Source of the DNA: Mytilus trossulus
Taxonomy: Eukaryota
DNA length: 64,000 nucleotides
Assembly: GCF_036588685.1 (NCBI RefSeq)
Contig: NC_086373.1
Coordinates: 6,820,001-6,884,000 of the forward strand
Direction of reading: 5' to 3'
The notes under the pieces were generated by a model. It saw only the letters and a list, made by a program, of their open reading frames with translations. It searched no databases and had not been told where the DNA came from. Position numbers and translations under genes: made by a program. Positions 1-13,500 of the stretch are shown here, one piece after another (position 1 is the stretch's first letter; each line of letters begins with the position of its first letter).

Positions 1-641
1 GAGCTAAGTTAATCTTTGCCGACAAACTTGAGAAGAGAATACCAGGAATAAGGAAACAGACTATGGGATACATTAAATCTAAAATGACAGTACATTTTGA
101 GCATCTTACAGGTTCTCCATGGCAATCATTACCAGAACTCACTAATTCACATGGAAGTGTATGTATTGTTAATCAAGGGGGAAATATAAAATAGGGGGGT
201 TTTAATTCTGTTTGTATTTAATTTATTTTCAAATGCGAAAAAAGAATGATTTCTTTGATCGAATAGATCATAATATAAATTGATAAATGAATCTATTCTT
301 GTTTTTTCTTGATCCCTCAGATTGGAAGTTTTATAGTAATTCTTGGATTCAATCCCTTTGTTATCATGTATTTATTTAGTTCAAGATCATTCAATTGACA
401 CAAAATTATCATTATTATAATATAGAACTTTCCAATGCTGCACTTGTTTATACTTATTTGTATGCTTAAATTAGTTTTCCTTTTTCAGTATTGCCGAGAC
501 AGTTGTGCTGCCCAGGCTTGGAGTGTTGGGTGTTTATTAGAAGTATTTTATGACTTAAATCAAGTAGAAGAAGAAGATGACCTGGCCAAGTCTGCTGTGA
601 GACCAAAGGACAAACATGATGTTCTTGTTTCTGTTTCCTAG
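1..641 (+). CDS. AGL: Glycogen debranching enzyme (amylo-alpha-1,6-glucosidase/4-alpha-glucanotransferase), last two coding exons; gene starts upstream of the window
   Basis: Exon <1..158 (frame from nt 3: [52 protein letters not shown], donor GTATGT at 159) joins exon 489..641 (acceptor tttttcag; [23 protein letters not shown]...stop TAG). Matches the AGL C-terminal motif SPWxxLPELTN...YCxxSCxxQAWS...LLExxYDL. Confidence 0.93.
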
Positions 642-3600
642 ATACACAATGACATGATGTCATCAATTACACCAAATTTTATATAATATGATTAGCATAT
701 TAAGGTAAAGTTTTGTTGAAAAAAAATGCTTAAAAATGTTGATGTTAATTTTAAACTATGCATACCTTATAAACCTGTAAAATATCATATTATTATTATT
801 ATATCCTCCATTAGAGATCGGTCATTTAAAAACGTATCAACCGTATCGCTTAGGTTGACGTATCCGCATCTGCAGATTTAACAAAAAACAGTATGTGATC
901 TCAAGCTTTAATTTTATGTACTTTCAATAATGCAATTTATGAGCAACTGATTAATTTTTAATGCAAAAAATTAATGAAACAATTATGAAATGTTGAGGTT
1001 TTTTTTAACATGTAATCTGACTTTTAAAGATATTCTGGATAGTTTGAAAGTTTACAGGCATATTAGGAGTGAATACGGTAAAATTGTTGGTTGTGTTTTC
1101 ACTTGTGCTCATGTAGAACCAAATTGTTATTAAATGACTGACCTCTAATTGTAGACCTCTGTTTCTGATATGAGAGTATAAAGTGATATTGTTAGAAGTT
1201 ATTGTATTTTGTGATATTTTTGTAATGACTGTCATACATGTAAATTATATTATTAGGGATTTTAAACAGGAGAAAAAGCATTATAAATTAAGAATAAGTT
1301 TAACTTGTTTAAAAATAGCATACAATTAGCATAGTACATGTTTTTGATGTTTCAAACATTCCTATGTTTTTATGCTATGAAAACAATCTTAATTGATCTG
1401 TTTACGTTTATAATGGATACTTGGTCAGTAGGTATCGACAATATATAGTAACTAGTTGTATTTTTTGAATGATAAATTGCATCATTTTCTTTAAAAAAGA
1501 GAAATGAATGCATAAGTTTTAATTGTCTTATCTTGACATTTTATAGAAAAATATTTTAATAACAGTAAATAATCCACAAGAACTTTCCAATTTGTTTTCA
1601 TTTGAATCAACTATTTTACAGCATTAATCTCAGATATACAGTTCATGTATAGTATATAATAGTGTATAGTTTATAATGTGCAAAGTGAGAAAGGAATTTA
1701 ATTTGTTGATCTTAAATTGCTTCCTTCAATCTTAACATTGAAATCCCCATTATAGTTCACCTTGGCATATTTATCCAGCCTTAGTATGTGTAGTGTTAAA
1801 GTAAGAATGGGATCAGGAACATCAAATGGAATATAAATTGGTGCTGATTACTTGAAAGTATTTCCATTGTTGGTACATTGAAAGAAATTAAGACAACAAA
1901 TACATTGTACATCGGTTTTACAAACAAACAAACAAACAAAATTCACAATTTTAGATATATGTGAACTCAAAATCATGAAACAAAAGGTTTGTTTTTTATT
2001 TTTATATTTTACCTCTTTTTTCAATAGATATTTTCATTATTTGTTTTTGCTTGGTACACAAACTAAATAAGCTGCAGTTTTGTGATGTTTTATTCAATGT
2101 AATTTAGAGTTATATTTGAGATATACTTTTAAAAGAATTTATTATAAACAGCTTTTGTGTTATTTAAGTTTCTGTGAGTTATTATTTATGAAACAATGAT
2201 ATTTGTAATTTTTTATTAAATATGTCATATTAAAATGCAAGTACATGCGTAAAACAAATTAAATATTTTTGTTTAACTGCAGATGAAAAATTTAAAGATA
2301 TATTTGTAGTATGATATACACGCTGTAATTGACAAAGGCATTATTTAAGCCTGTTAGCTTATGAACTTCCCTCACGATCAACTTTTGCTTAATCATAACC
2401 AAATTATAAAATATTGTGCAAATGAGGGAAAGAACAGATTTATAAGTAACCCTTTGAATGTTTGTGATTATATTCGTTTATATCAGTATCTCTTAGTATT
2501 GCATAATTTATAGAAATATTTTTATGTGCCATATTTGTTTTCAATAATAAACCAAATAAAATTATAACTGTTAACACCATGGATCTCAGCTAACCAGAAT
2601 GATTTTTAAAATAATTTTGTTTTTAACAGTATACTCACAACCAAAGTAAACCTTTATTTACATTGCATTATCTGTTATTAAGCCTCTCTAAAGTAAGCTG
2701 TGTGTGAAAAATTTGCTTTTGTTACAATCAATTACCGGTATAATAATTGAAATCATGTGCATCTTTGTTATAATAAAGTTACAATATTTTTTTATGATTC
2801 ACTTAAACCAAAGAAAACTGATTCTGATATCTGATACATACATCTGCATGTAGCTTTTTCTGAAATCGCAATAAATAATCTTACATTTTTGTCAATTCTT
2901 CAAAAATCACAATAATAAATACACTCAATAATTTCTGAATTTACATTTAATTCACAAAAATAATTCATAATAGCGACATAATCAGAAACAACAAGGACAC
3001 GAAAATAAAACAGGTTAACTACAGTTACAATTGACACAACCTGACCATTTTTTTCTTCTCCCAAGCTAGATGCTTGCTTTGTGGGCATTAACCAAATGAT
3101 TTATTTTATAAACTGTGTAGTAATGTATAGAATTTACTTGCCTTAATTATTACAATCAAACATTAGGTCAGATGACCTTTTGAACCTTCTACGGTAAACA
3201 ACACAAGGGTATCATCACTTTGTTATATAATATCAGTCAGTATTAAAATGCTTTATAATAGATGTTTAATCCTGTACTAGTTTTACGGGTATTTGATATG
3301 TTGGTTACCCTTAATATCGTTGTTGCATTTATTATTTTAACTTCTTAATTTTTTCAGACAATAGTGAAATTGATCCTGCAGAACTTAATCTGCCAAAAAA
3401 ATCATATTGTATATACAATAGCACTTTAATTTTTAACGTTGACATTTAACAGGCTTGCCCAAATTGTAAATGATATTAATATTAAGAAATTAATCTTAGT
3501 GTACTCAAATTGAAGCTGTTCTCCAAGAATCTGAAATAATTACTAATTCTCAGTAGCTAACAATATTGTATATTGCAGAGTTGCGACGTGTAAAATGAAA

Positions 3601-4695
3601 AAAAATACCCCACCAATAGCTTACAATTTTCCTTTTTTTAAACCATAAAAAAAATGATTTGGTGATGAAAACATTAAATTTGAATCATTTAGGTATCTTC
3701 ACCTTTATGTTATTTTTATATAATGAGTATCTATTCCCATTTAAGATTTGAAATCCAGCAGAATCCAGGGCTAACCTTGCCATGGAGGATTACAGACTGG
3801 TCTAGTTTGCATTAATTTTCCGAGTTTTAATGGAATATATTATGTAAGTAATGTCATGTCTTAAAGTCTACATGATCACTTCAAAACCATGTGATATATT
3901 TAGTAGATATTATTTAGTCCTCTTGGAAGTTATGGGTTAAATTTATAAAAATAATTAGTCTATATACAATCTGATCATTTGTTTTAAGAGATTTTGTTTT
4001 AAGATCAGCTGATCTGATATTTGTACCTGTAATATTTTTGTTTTATATTTTAATTTTCTTTTTTTGCTTGTATTACTTATTTTTAACCTTATATTATATT
4101 TGTTATCAAGAATAAACATCTTTTTATCTGAAAACTTCTTTTTTTTGAAACACCAACAATTATTTAATGAGCTTCAAAATAAGTTCATCTAGTCTGTCAC
4201 AGCTCCCGAGATAAAATGTGTACTTTATAAACAGTGGGATTGATGGTGAGGCTGAATGCCAATAAATGAATTGATTGATAGATTTTAATATCACTCAGTT
4301 TATTTTTCACGCCGCCTCAAGTCATGAACAACATAACCATGATATAAAGTAAAGCAAATAAAGGTCTTCTTTAAATTGTAGAGAGATAATTAGCAATTTC
4401 CTGTTTACAGAAAATCGCATATGGTGACTTACTATACACAGATTAAAAAAATTTATGGTTACTAAGCACTTTTCTTTGAAATAAGTACATGTGACAACTA
4501 ATATGGGTTTGCTCAAGGTCACATGTCTCTTATTATACTTCATCCTGAACCAGTTTAAAATTATAATCTGTTTGATAATTTAACATTTTCACAGAAATAT
4601 CCACCATAACAAGCAAGCAATACATAGTTGCCAACTGGTCAACAATTCATTGTAATACTTTTCAACACTGTTTACAGTTATAAAGCAGATGCTGT

Positions 4696-5570
4696 AACAA
4701 AGAAAAATTTGTAAGGGTTCCGCGGAACCCAGTGTCTCGCCTACTTTTGCTGTAAATCGCAGGCTCAACAAAAATGAGGAAAAAAATCAATAAAATTTTC
4801 CTCTTGATACCATCTTATGATTGTAAGAAGCTTCTGTCTAAGTTTGGTAAAAATCTAGGATAGTTAATAAATCTAATGAATGTTTTGAAAACTTTAACTG
4901 CAAACTGTATGTAATGTTAACTTAAAGAAAATCTAAGTCCATTTAAAAATAAATTACAGAAAAAATGGAGTTATCAAAATTTACTTCTGGATACTATTTT
5001 ATGATCATAAATAAGCTTCTGTCCAAGTTTAGTACACACCCAGGATAGTTTAAGAAAGTTATTAAAATTTTAAAAACTTTAACCACAGAGTGAATGTGTT
5101 GTTTCCAGGCAGAAAATCTAAGTCCTTTTAAAAGTAAAATAAGGAAAAAACAGATTGATTTTTTTACAAAATTTACTTCTGTATATTATCGTGATTATCT
5201 TTTGATCATAAACAAACTTCTGTCCAAGTTTAGTACAAACCCAGGAAAGTTTAAGAAAGTTAGAAAAAATTTTAAAAACTTGAACCACAGAGTGAATGGA
5301 ATGTTTCCCCTCAGAAAAACTAAGTCCATTTCAAAGTAAAATACGGAAAAAATGGAATTTTATTTTTACAAAATTTACTTCTGGATACCCTCTTATGATC
5401 ATAAACAAGCTTCTGTCCAAGTTTGGTAGAAATCCAGTATAGTTTAAGAAAGTTATTAAAATTTCATAAACTTTAACCACAGAGTGAATATTTGTTGACG
5501 CCACCGACGACGACAGAACGTAGGATCGCTTAGTCTCGCTATTTCGACTAAAGTCAAAGGCTTGACAAAA
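4696..5570. mobile_element. Helentron/pearl-like (HINE-type) non-autonomous element with internal ~190-200 bp tandem array
   Basis: Perfect 16 bp palindrome GGGTTCCGCGGAACCC at 4715-4730; about 4 recurrences of AAGCTTCTGTCCAAGTTT (~4828, 5014, 5215, 5408); (GAC)n microsatellite near 5500; imperfect terminal hairpin then A-run at ~5545-5570. Boundaries approximate. Confidence 0.7.
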
Positions 5571-5609
5571 AGAGAGTTTATGGGATAACTTTCTCGTGGA
5601 AAAGAACTG

Positions 5610-5870
5610 CCATGGTAGTCTTGTGGAAGGATGCTGGTTATGAGACTAGATTCTATTCACAGCCAATCAAAGACTTTCAATTCGGTATTTGATGTTTCCC
5701 CTTAGCACAAGGCATTAAGCATTAGGAGCCAAGACTGGTCGGCTCTGAGTCAAAACTGTGTTTTCCAATACAATGACATGTCTTTTTGCAGGAGTTTGAA
5801 TTTTTATATGAAGCTGACTCATCAAGTTGGTAATGTGCAAAGCAGGGTTTCTAATCATTATGCCTTAACA
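5610..5870 (+). mobile_element. Degenerate tRNA-derived SINE (resembles the bivalve Meta-domain/RUDI type)
   Basis: Contains ...caaagactttcaattcggtatttgatgtttccccttagcacaaggcattaag...gagccaagactggtcggctctgagtca...gacatgtct, which resembles a bivalve SINE core as recalled; not verified by search. Confidence 0.45.
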
Positions 5871-6362
5871 TGTTTTTGTCCTAAAAATGCTTCTCACATA
5901 AGAACCAGGTTGTTGGCACTTGTCATTTAGGTGGCATTGTAATGAAAATCAGTAATATTTGAATATTTTATTCATTTCAAGTGTTAACAGTACAACATAA
6001 ATATATATGTAAATAAATCCCAAGTAAACACACTAACCATACCATTCTATATCACCTTCAGAAATAATAACATATTAAAGTAAAGTCTACATCTGTTATA
6101 TCAGTTTGAAGTAATGCCATTATTTATGGATATTCATGTAAAGAGATCAGTTATATAAATACAATGTACATACAGTCATGTTATTTGAAATTTAACTGGT
6201 ATATATGTATACACCTATTTTTCATTTTTTTTCTAATTTCATAATTTTATTTCCATTTAAATACCAACTCAGAATAAAACTTTTGATGTTGAATTTTTGT
6301 ATCTTTAGAATGAATAAAAATGCCTTAATGGTAAACTGAAAACACTGAAATAAAACTGAATA

Positions 6363-7061
6363 CTGTGAAAGTACTTTTGTTCGTGGGGTACCAATTTTCG
6401 TGGTTTTCGTGGATGACCTTATCCACGAATTTAAGTGTCCAACGAAATAAAACAACCATTGTCCAAATCAAGACATGGAAAGATCCCCATCGGTAGGTTT
6501 GACTTCTGATATGATCTAAAGAATATATTAATAACGCCAAATCTGAGATTTCTTTAATAACAGTTACAGAACTACAACTGCATGCAGGATAATACTCATT
6601 TGATCTTTAATAACATGAACTGTACAACTTTTGATCTTTTAATTCTCATAAAATATATTTTGGATCGAAGAAAGTCAGATTTCCGGTATTGATATGCTAG
6701 TATGATAAAGTGTTCATTTTATATCCTCATTGTTCTCGTGCATACGGAAAATAATTATTTCATGCTGGGCTTGATTTTGATAAGAATGGTTTGACAATTC
6801 AAGATACATTTATAGCACTTGTTTATGTTACTGTTTTCTTTAGGCGACATATGTAATGCCTAATTAACACCTTTGATGGTCGATGTTTACGTTGCAATTT
6901 TCTTCAGTACAGAATATTTGTAACCTTCGTTTCTAAATGCTTTAAATTTTCAATTTTATTTTTTTTAGAAAACTAAAATCCACGAATTTAAAAACCCACG
7001 AACATGTACATATAGCTCAAACCACGAAAATTGATACCCACGAATTAAAGTGCTTTCACAG
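6363..7061. mobile_element. MITE family A, TA target duplication (Tc1/mariner-type)
   Basis: TA-CTGTGAAAGTACTTTTGTTCGTGGGGTACCAATTTTCGTGGTTT ... AAACCACGAAAATTGATACCCACGAATTAAAGTGCTTTCACAG-TA. Highly similar copies in the opposite orientation at 36865-37625 and 38677-39437. Confidence 0.9.
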
Positions 7062-10000
7062 TATATCTAGAACAATAATTCTTGCAAATATGCGCTACTA
7101 ACACAGCTGTGAAAATTGAATTACACTAAATGTATGTGTTTAAACGATAACAGTTGCTTAAATGTGTTCAACAAAAAAAGACTATAAAATATAACAATAA
7201 TAAGAGCAGATAAAGATAATTCATATTGTGTATCAAATTAAGTATACATATATCCTGAGCAAAGTTGAAAAGAAAATATATTTAGCATTGCAGCCACCAT
7301 TTCAATCTAAAAGAGCAAACATAACTCTTTATAAGCTAAGAAAAAAATGCTTCAATCAAACTTGGTGTATATTTTCATAACATTTATATTTGACAATGCT
7401 TACCCTCTACTGAACTAAGGAAAATTATTTTATAACCATATCAATTAATCTATGAATATAAACTCCATGCCACCAGCACCAATAACTCTACCATGTTACA
7501 CCTTATAATGCAATGTTGCAAGGCAGGACATCATTTGGTGCTTTTAACATTAATCAAAGTCAGTGAAGCTCAAAAAGCTCAAGCAACCAACAAACTTAAT
7601 AATCTCAGCTCTCATGGTCCTACATATCAGTAACTTCTACTTCCTTTACCCTACTAAATATTTCCTCGATTCAGAATTCTTAGATGCACACTTTCATTCA
7701 AGCCTAGAGCTTTTGTGCATTTTTTAACACAAAAGATGGAGTATGAAATATGATTCAGAACTAACCTACTTTTGGCCAGATGTGATTTGCTTAATGAAGC
7801 GAATGGCCATAAACTGTTCTATATGCAAAGTTTGCAACTATCTTCTTCAAATGATACCAAGCCTCATCACAATAGACATTTACATGTAAAATTCTTCAAT
7901 TTTTCAACTTTTATCAATTTCTGAAAACATGACCAATATTGGATCTTGACCCAAGTCCCTGCATACAATTGATTGAGGTGACATATATACTGAATTATAA
8001 CTGTTCATTCCAAGCAAAGAGTCAAGTTGTCACTAGACTTACACTTGCACAACACTGGTACAATTAGAGAGCATTAGTGCACCAACAAGAGGCTCTTGTA
8101 AACTAGTATTGCTCATTTGGAATCAAATTGAGAAAAGTGAATCATCAAAGAGTTAAATTATCTAACATTTTAATAAGATACACAACAGCAGATAAAATAC
8201 TAAGTGACGAGTAGCTAGCTGGGTCTCATTAAAATAAGATGAAGTAAGAAAAACATTTCTCTATCTAACCATTTAAAGCTCTACCTTTAAGTGCTAGTGT
8301 TTAAACACAAAAGTACATGTTATACATTTGTACCATAAAGAAATGTCTTTCATGTAACTATCTTTGCAATAACAGTGATCATTTAAAAAATCTAAATAAC
8401 AGTTTACTATTATGCCTCAACTTCCAGATTCTATATTCAAATAACAGTTCAACAAAATCTTAGGATAAAAGATCAAAGGATAACATATTTGTGCAACTTT
8501 GAAATTAAAACCTACCGGTATATATGTTTTTCATTTTAAACAAGATAAGACAATTTAAACATGATATAACAATTTACATAGTCTCAGGTCTACCATCTCT
8601 TCAAATAAAATGCATTTTACAATTCATACTCACAAAATAGTGCAATTATAAACTTTCATACAAAAATGCTTACTTTATAACAAACATGGTTATGCAGTTT
8701 CTAGAAATAATGATAAAGATCTAATTGTGTAAATACATTATGTAAAGTGCATATAATAAATTCTAGGTTCTATCACATTAAAGATTCTCTGTGTTCTATT
8801 TGAAATTATAATTGAATTCATTGTAGTAGTTACTCATAATCAAACTTTTCTAAAAAAAAAAAAGGTAGAAGACAATGTCTTCATTTACACAAACTGACCA
8901 TGGGTCAACAGGTGTGACTCATACATACTGAGAACTTGTAAGTGGTCTGTTACAGCTAACTTGTTGTTTTCTACTGCCAACAGTCATTAAAGCTAGTATT
9001 TAAAAATATTGATCCGTTTGGGAAAAAAAGGAATTTGGTAAATTTATGAAATTAGACTTTGAGAAATACATCTAACTATAATAATTCTAATTCTATAAAC
9101 AAAATAATTATGGAATAAAAGATATAATTACCACTGTTAATCTGAAGGGACAATATTGTTGATTGATTTACTAAATATGTATAAATCAATTATATTCACA
9201 AGATATTTTTTTCATATTAAACAGAAAATCCCTACACTTCATTGTTATCTTCATGAGATTATTATAACAGGCACCTGCCTTTACGGTTGAACCTGTTTAA
9301 ACTGAATCCTGGTAATAAAAAATCAATTGAAGATTATTTTGTTATTTCAGGATGTTTGTTAGCCTATGTAATCAGAACAACTTCCTATACCAGGCAAATC
9401 AGTCCAAACAGGTTTCTGTATATAACTATCTTTAATACAAATAATATATTGACTAGTATAATAAACAAAAATCCCCCTTTGCATTAATAACAAATTTTCA
9501 ATAAAGTCATAATGAGTCTATAAATTAGTGATAAAATATAACAACATATTAATATCATTTTAGAAATTAGAAACTCCATCATCACTTTTAATATCTAACA
9601 TTTAAAGAACTTGTGGTAGTTTCTAATAATGTCAAACTATAAAATGTCAGATCACAAGCTATAATTTATCAGTAATAAAGATTGAAACCAATTTTAATAA
9701 TTTGGTTATGTCTTTGAAAATAGCATTCAAATATTTCAAATTTTAAAACACCCTGACAATTCAAATTAGTAACATTCGATTTTAAAAGTTGTAGTAATCT
9801 ATGGATGATAAGGATTAATAATAATATGCCATTACTATAAAATTTATGTTTCATTACTTTGCAGTGACTCTTAATTTTTAATATCAAGAACAGCAATGTC
9901 CATGATACCTTTATTTATCGAATATCTGCTTTTCAGTTAAATATTATTATACATGATCTTATGGAATTTTACATATTTTTCTGAGCATTTATTTGTGTGG

Positions 10001-10557
10001 TTTAACCATCATGACATCTTTTATAAATGTGATATCAAATTTATAATAAGGGATTTTTCAATATCCTTTATTCCAATCATGATCAATCTATTAAAGTATT
10101 TGGTTTTTACACGGTTATGGTACTTCATTGGTACGTTTGTTGGGCAAAAAATCAATATCAGTGTGTAGTAAAAGGACAGAATGTATAAATTTCCATATCA
10201 CGACTTGGAAATATGTGATGATGATAAATCTCTGGATGTTTGTATTTGGTTGAAAATGTACATACTCTAGCAGATGCTTGAAAAATGTCAAGTAAGCACA
10301 ATTTTCATGTCATTTTAAGCAGACAAAAATAATTGAATGATGTCAGAAATCAATGCATAATAAAGAGTTTTTCTGCAAAATGAGAATAATGTAAATAAAA
10401 TGTATTAGCTAAGTACTAGATAAATACTAATCCTAATAGAATATAAACATAAGTGCATATATTATTTTTAAATCTATTTTTCATTGCATTCTTTAACTAC
10501 ACTCTTTTGTACACAACCATAGAGATATTTCATTTAAACATTAAACTGACATGGTAT

Positions 10558-13500
10558 TTAAATATCATCAAATATTCCTTTTGGTGGCCGAGGTCTAGAT
10601 GATCCACTAGATGATCCGTATCTACTGGATGTGCTCCCTGGTCTACTAGACTGGTACCCTTGTGATATTCTGTTTGTATTAAAGTCCTCTACCTCTAGCT
10701 CAGCTGTATAGTCCAAAGGTTCGGCTTCACGTAGAAGTCCAGTTTTATCATTCTCATCTGGACTTCTAGCTACAGACTGTTTGGCTGGAAAATACAACAT
10801 TATTTTTTATCAAAGTTGAATCTCTTTATCATAAGTTGCCTTGATCAAGAAAAATCATATTGAACTGGGGAAGGAAAGTAACAATCTTTAAATGTTAAAG
10901 GAACATAATGGGTAAATACTAAAACAGCTAAAATAAATTTCCTTTCCCTATATTTTATTCTTATTTATTTTGAATGTAGAGACAAATCATATAAGCTGGA
11001 GATGGATATTAACCCTCAATTGATTGATTGTTTGTTGTTCACGTCTTATTTCTAATGTAGATATGAACTCACCTCTATTCATTTGGAAGTCTCCAGCAGT
11101 TTCTACCTCTTTCCTGGCTGTTGCATTTCTAGAACTACTTGACCAGTCAACACCAAACTTTTCACTCCATTCTTTTTTTCTTTCGTCACTATTTGCCTTT
11201 CTCTCTAATTTTCTTTTTTCTGATGTTAAAGAAAAAGTTTTCAGTGGTTCAATTAACCTTCATCAACAATTTTCAAATTTTTTGTAAGCATTCAACTAAT
11301 GTCTTGTATTAATACACTAAATTCCAATAACAGTATAAGATATGATTTTCATGTCATCAGATAAAGTAAAATGTACTAAGATTTTGCTTTCAGGAACTGT
11401 TAGTGGCATTATTCAGTATTGATTTACATCTGTTAAATGTTAGATGTATAACCCATATGAGCCAGTAAAGTGCATTTTCTAAATGATTTGGATTTTATTT
11501 TATTTTTCATCCATTGATCAGGAAAAAGGGGTATGTGCTAGAGTACATTATGTGCCTGTCCAAAGTCCAAAGTCAGGAACTTGGTCATTGGTTTTCTATG
11601 ATTATAGGTTAGTGTTTATTATAGTTTATTCCATTTGGTGTTGAAGGCAAATATTTCATAGTTTCTGTTAAATATGTATTTTAGGGTTGCTGTTTCATTG
11701 ATGTAAACAATCATTTTTCCACATTTTTCCACCCTCATAATGTAAAACAAGAGGCTGTCACAACGACAGCAAACCAGATTTATTAGCATTTATTTGTGTC
11801 CTGGCAATATCACAAGAACCATTACTGATGATTGGTGAAGTGAAAATTGTCAATATCAAATTTGACCTCTATTTTGTCATCAGTATCAACATATTAAAAT
11901 TTGAAAAGCTTAGATTGAATGGTTTGTGAGTAAATGCAACAATGTGAATGGAAACACCATTTTACGATCTTTCAAGAACCATAACTCCTGAACGGTAAAA
12001 GTCAAAATCGTCATTATTGAACTTGACCTCTATTTTGTCATCAGTAACAACATATTAAAATTTGAAAAGCTTTGGTTGAATGGTTCATGAGAAAATGCAC
12101 GGACACGACTGGAAACACCATTTTTCAATCTTTCAAGAACCATAACTCCTGAACGGTAAAAGTCAAAATCGTCATTATTGAACTTGAACTCCATTTTGTC
12201 ACCAGTAACAACATATTAAAATTTGGGAAGCTTTGGTAGAACAGTTCATGCGTAAATGCACGGACACGACTGGAAACGCCATTTTTCAATCTTTCAAGAA
12301 CCATAACTCCTGAACGGTAAAAGTCAAAATCGTCATTATTGAACTTGACCTCCATTTTGTCACCAGTAACAACATATTAAAATTTGGGAAGCTTTGGTAG
12401 AACTGTTCATGCGTAAATGCACGGACAAGACTGGAAACGCCATTTTTCAATCTTTCAAGAACCATAACTCCTGAACGGTAAAAGTCAAAATGGCCATTAT
12501 TGAACTTGACCTTCATTTAGTTGTCAGTAACAACATATTAAAATTTTAAAAGCTTTAGTTGAACGGTTCTTGAGTTAATGCACGGACAACATTTGATTGC
12601 CGCCCGCCCGACCGACCGCCCGCCCGCCCGCCGAGCATCCCCAATTTAATAACCGACATTTTTGTCACAAAAATCCGGTTAATAATCTAAATAGTTTTTA
12701 CCTTACCCCTACTAATTATGCTCTTTCCCTCATCTATAAACTCCTGTGTCATATCATCATCTCCTATAAACTGTTGGAATCCCAGGAAATGTAGAATCCT
12801 ACTCCCTAGACTGAAGTAAGTACATATACACAGCAGTACTATCATGATAGGGAAATAAATGTTAAACCCATCAGATACAATAGATATCACATCCATGTGT
12901 CCCATTATCTGGAAATAGAGATTTTTTTACGGAATATTGTATAAAGTTGTGTTTAGTTATTCTACATTGGCTAGAGATATAGGGAGGGTTGAGATCTTAC
13001 AAAACATGTTAAACTCATCACATTTTGGTTACTGTTCGGAGCCTCTGGCCTTTGTTAGTCTCGTAGGTTTTTAAGTTTAGTTCATTTATATGTTTTGGAG
13101 TTTAATATAACGTCCATTTTCACTGAACTTGTACACATTTTTATTTAGGGGCCAGCTGAGGTTCATTGAAGACCCTTTGGTGGACTTCAGCTGTTATTTG
13201 GTTGGGTTGTTGTCCCTTTCACATATTTCCCATTTCCATTCTCAATTTTATGAAATATTACTTTTCATAATTGATATCCTCCTGCTTTATTTCATTTTTG
13301 CTTTGAAATCTCTCCATTAAATGTATCTTTACACTTTCTTTTGATACATGCACAATATTTGAAAGGATATCACTATATAACAATATTTACCTGAGTGTAT
13401 GAGGTTTCTTGCAAGCGTTCATCATATGTTATATGACTATCCAGATGAATTAGTCCAAGAAAGTTCAAACAAAGTGGTGGAGTAAGTCTACAAAGCATCC

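Noticed and set aside
12125-12516. Two near-identical 76 aa ORFs
   Set aside because: Products of the 161 bp array inside a non-autonomous element in an intron; no recognisable domain.
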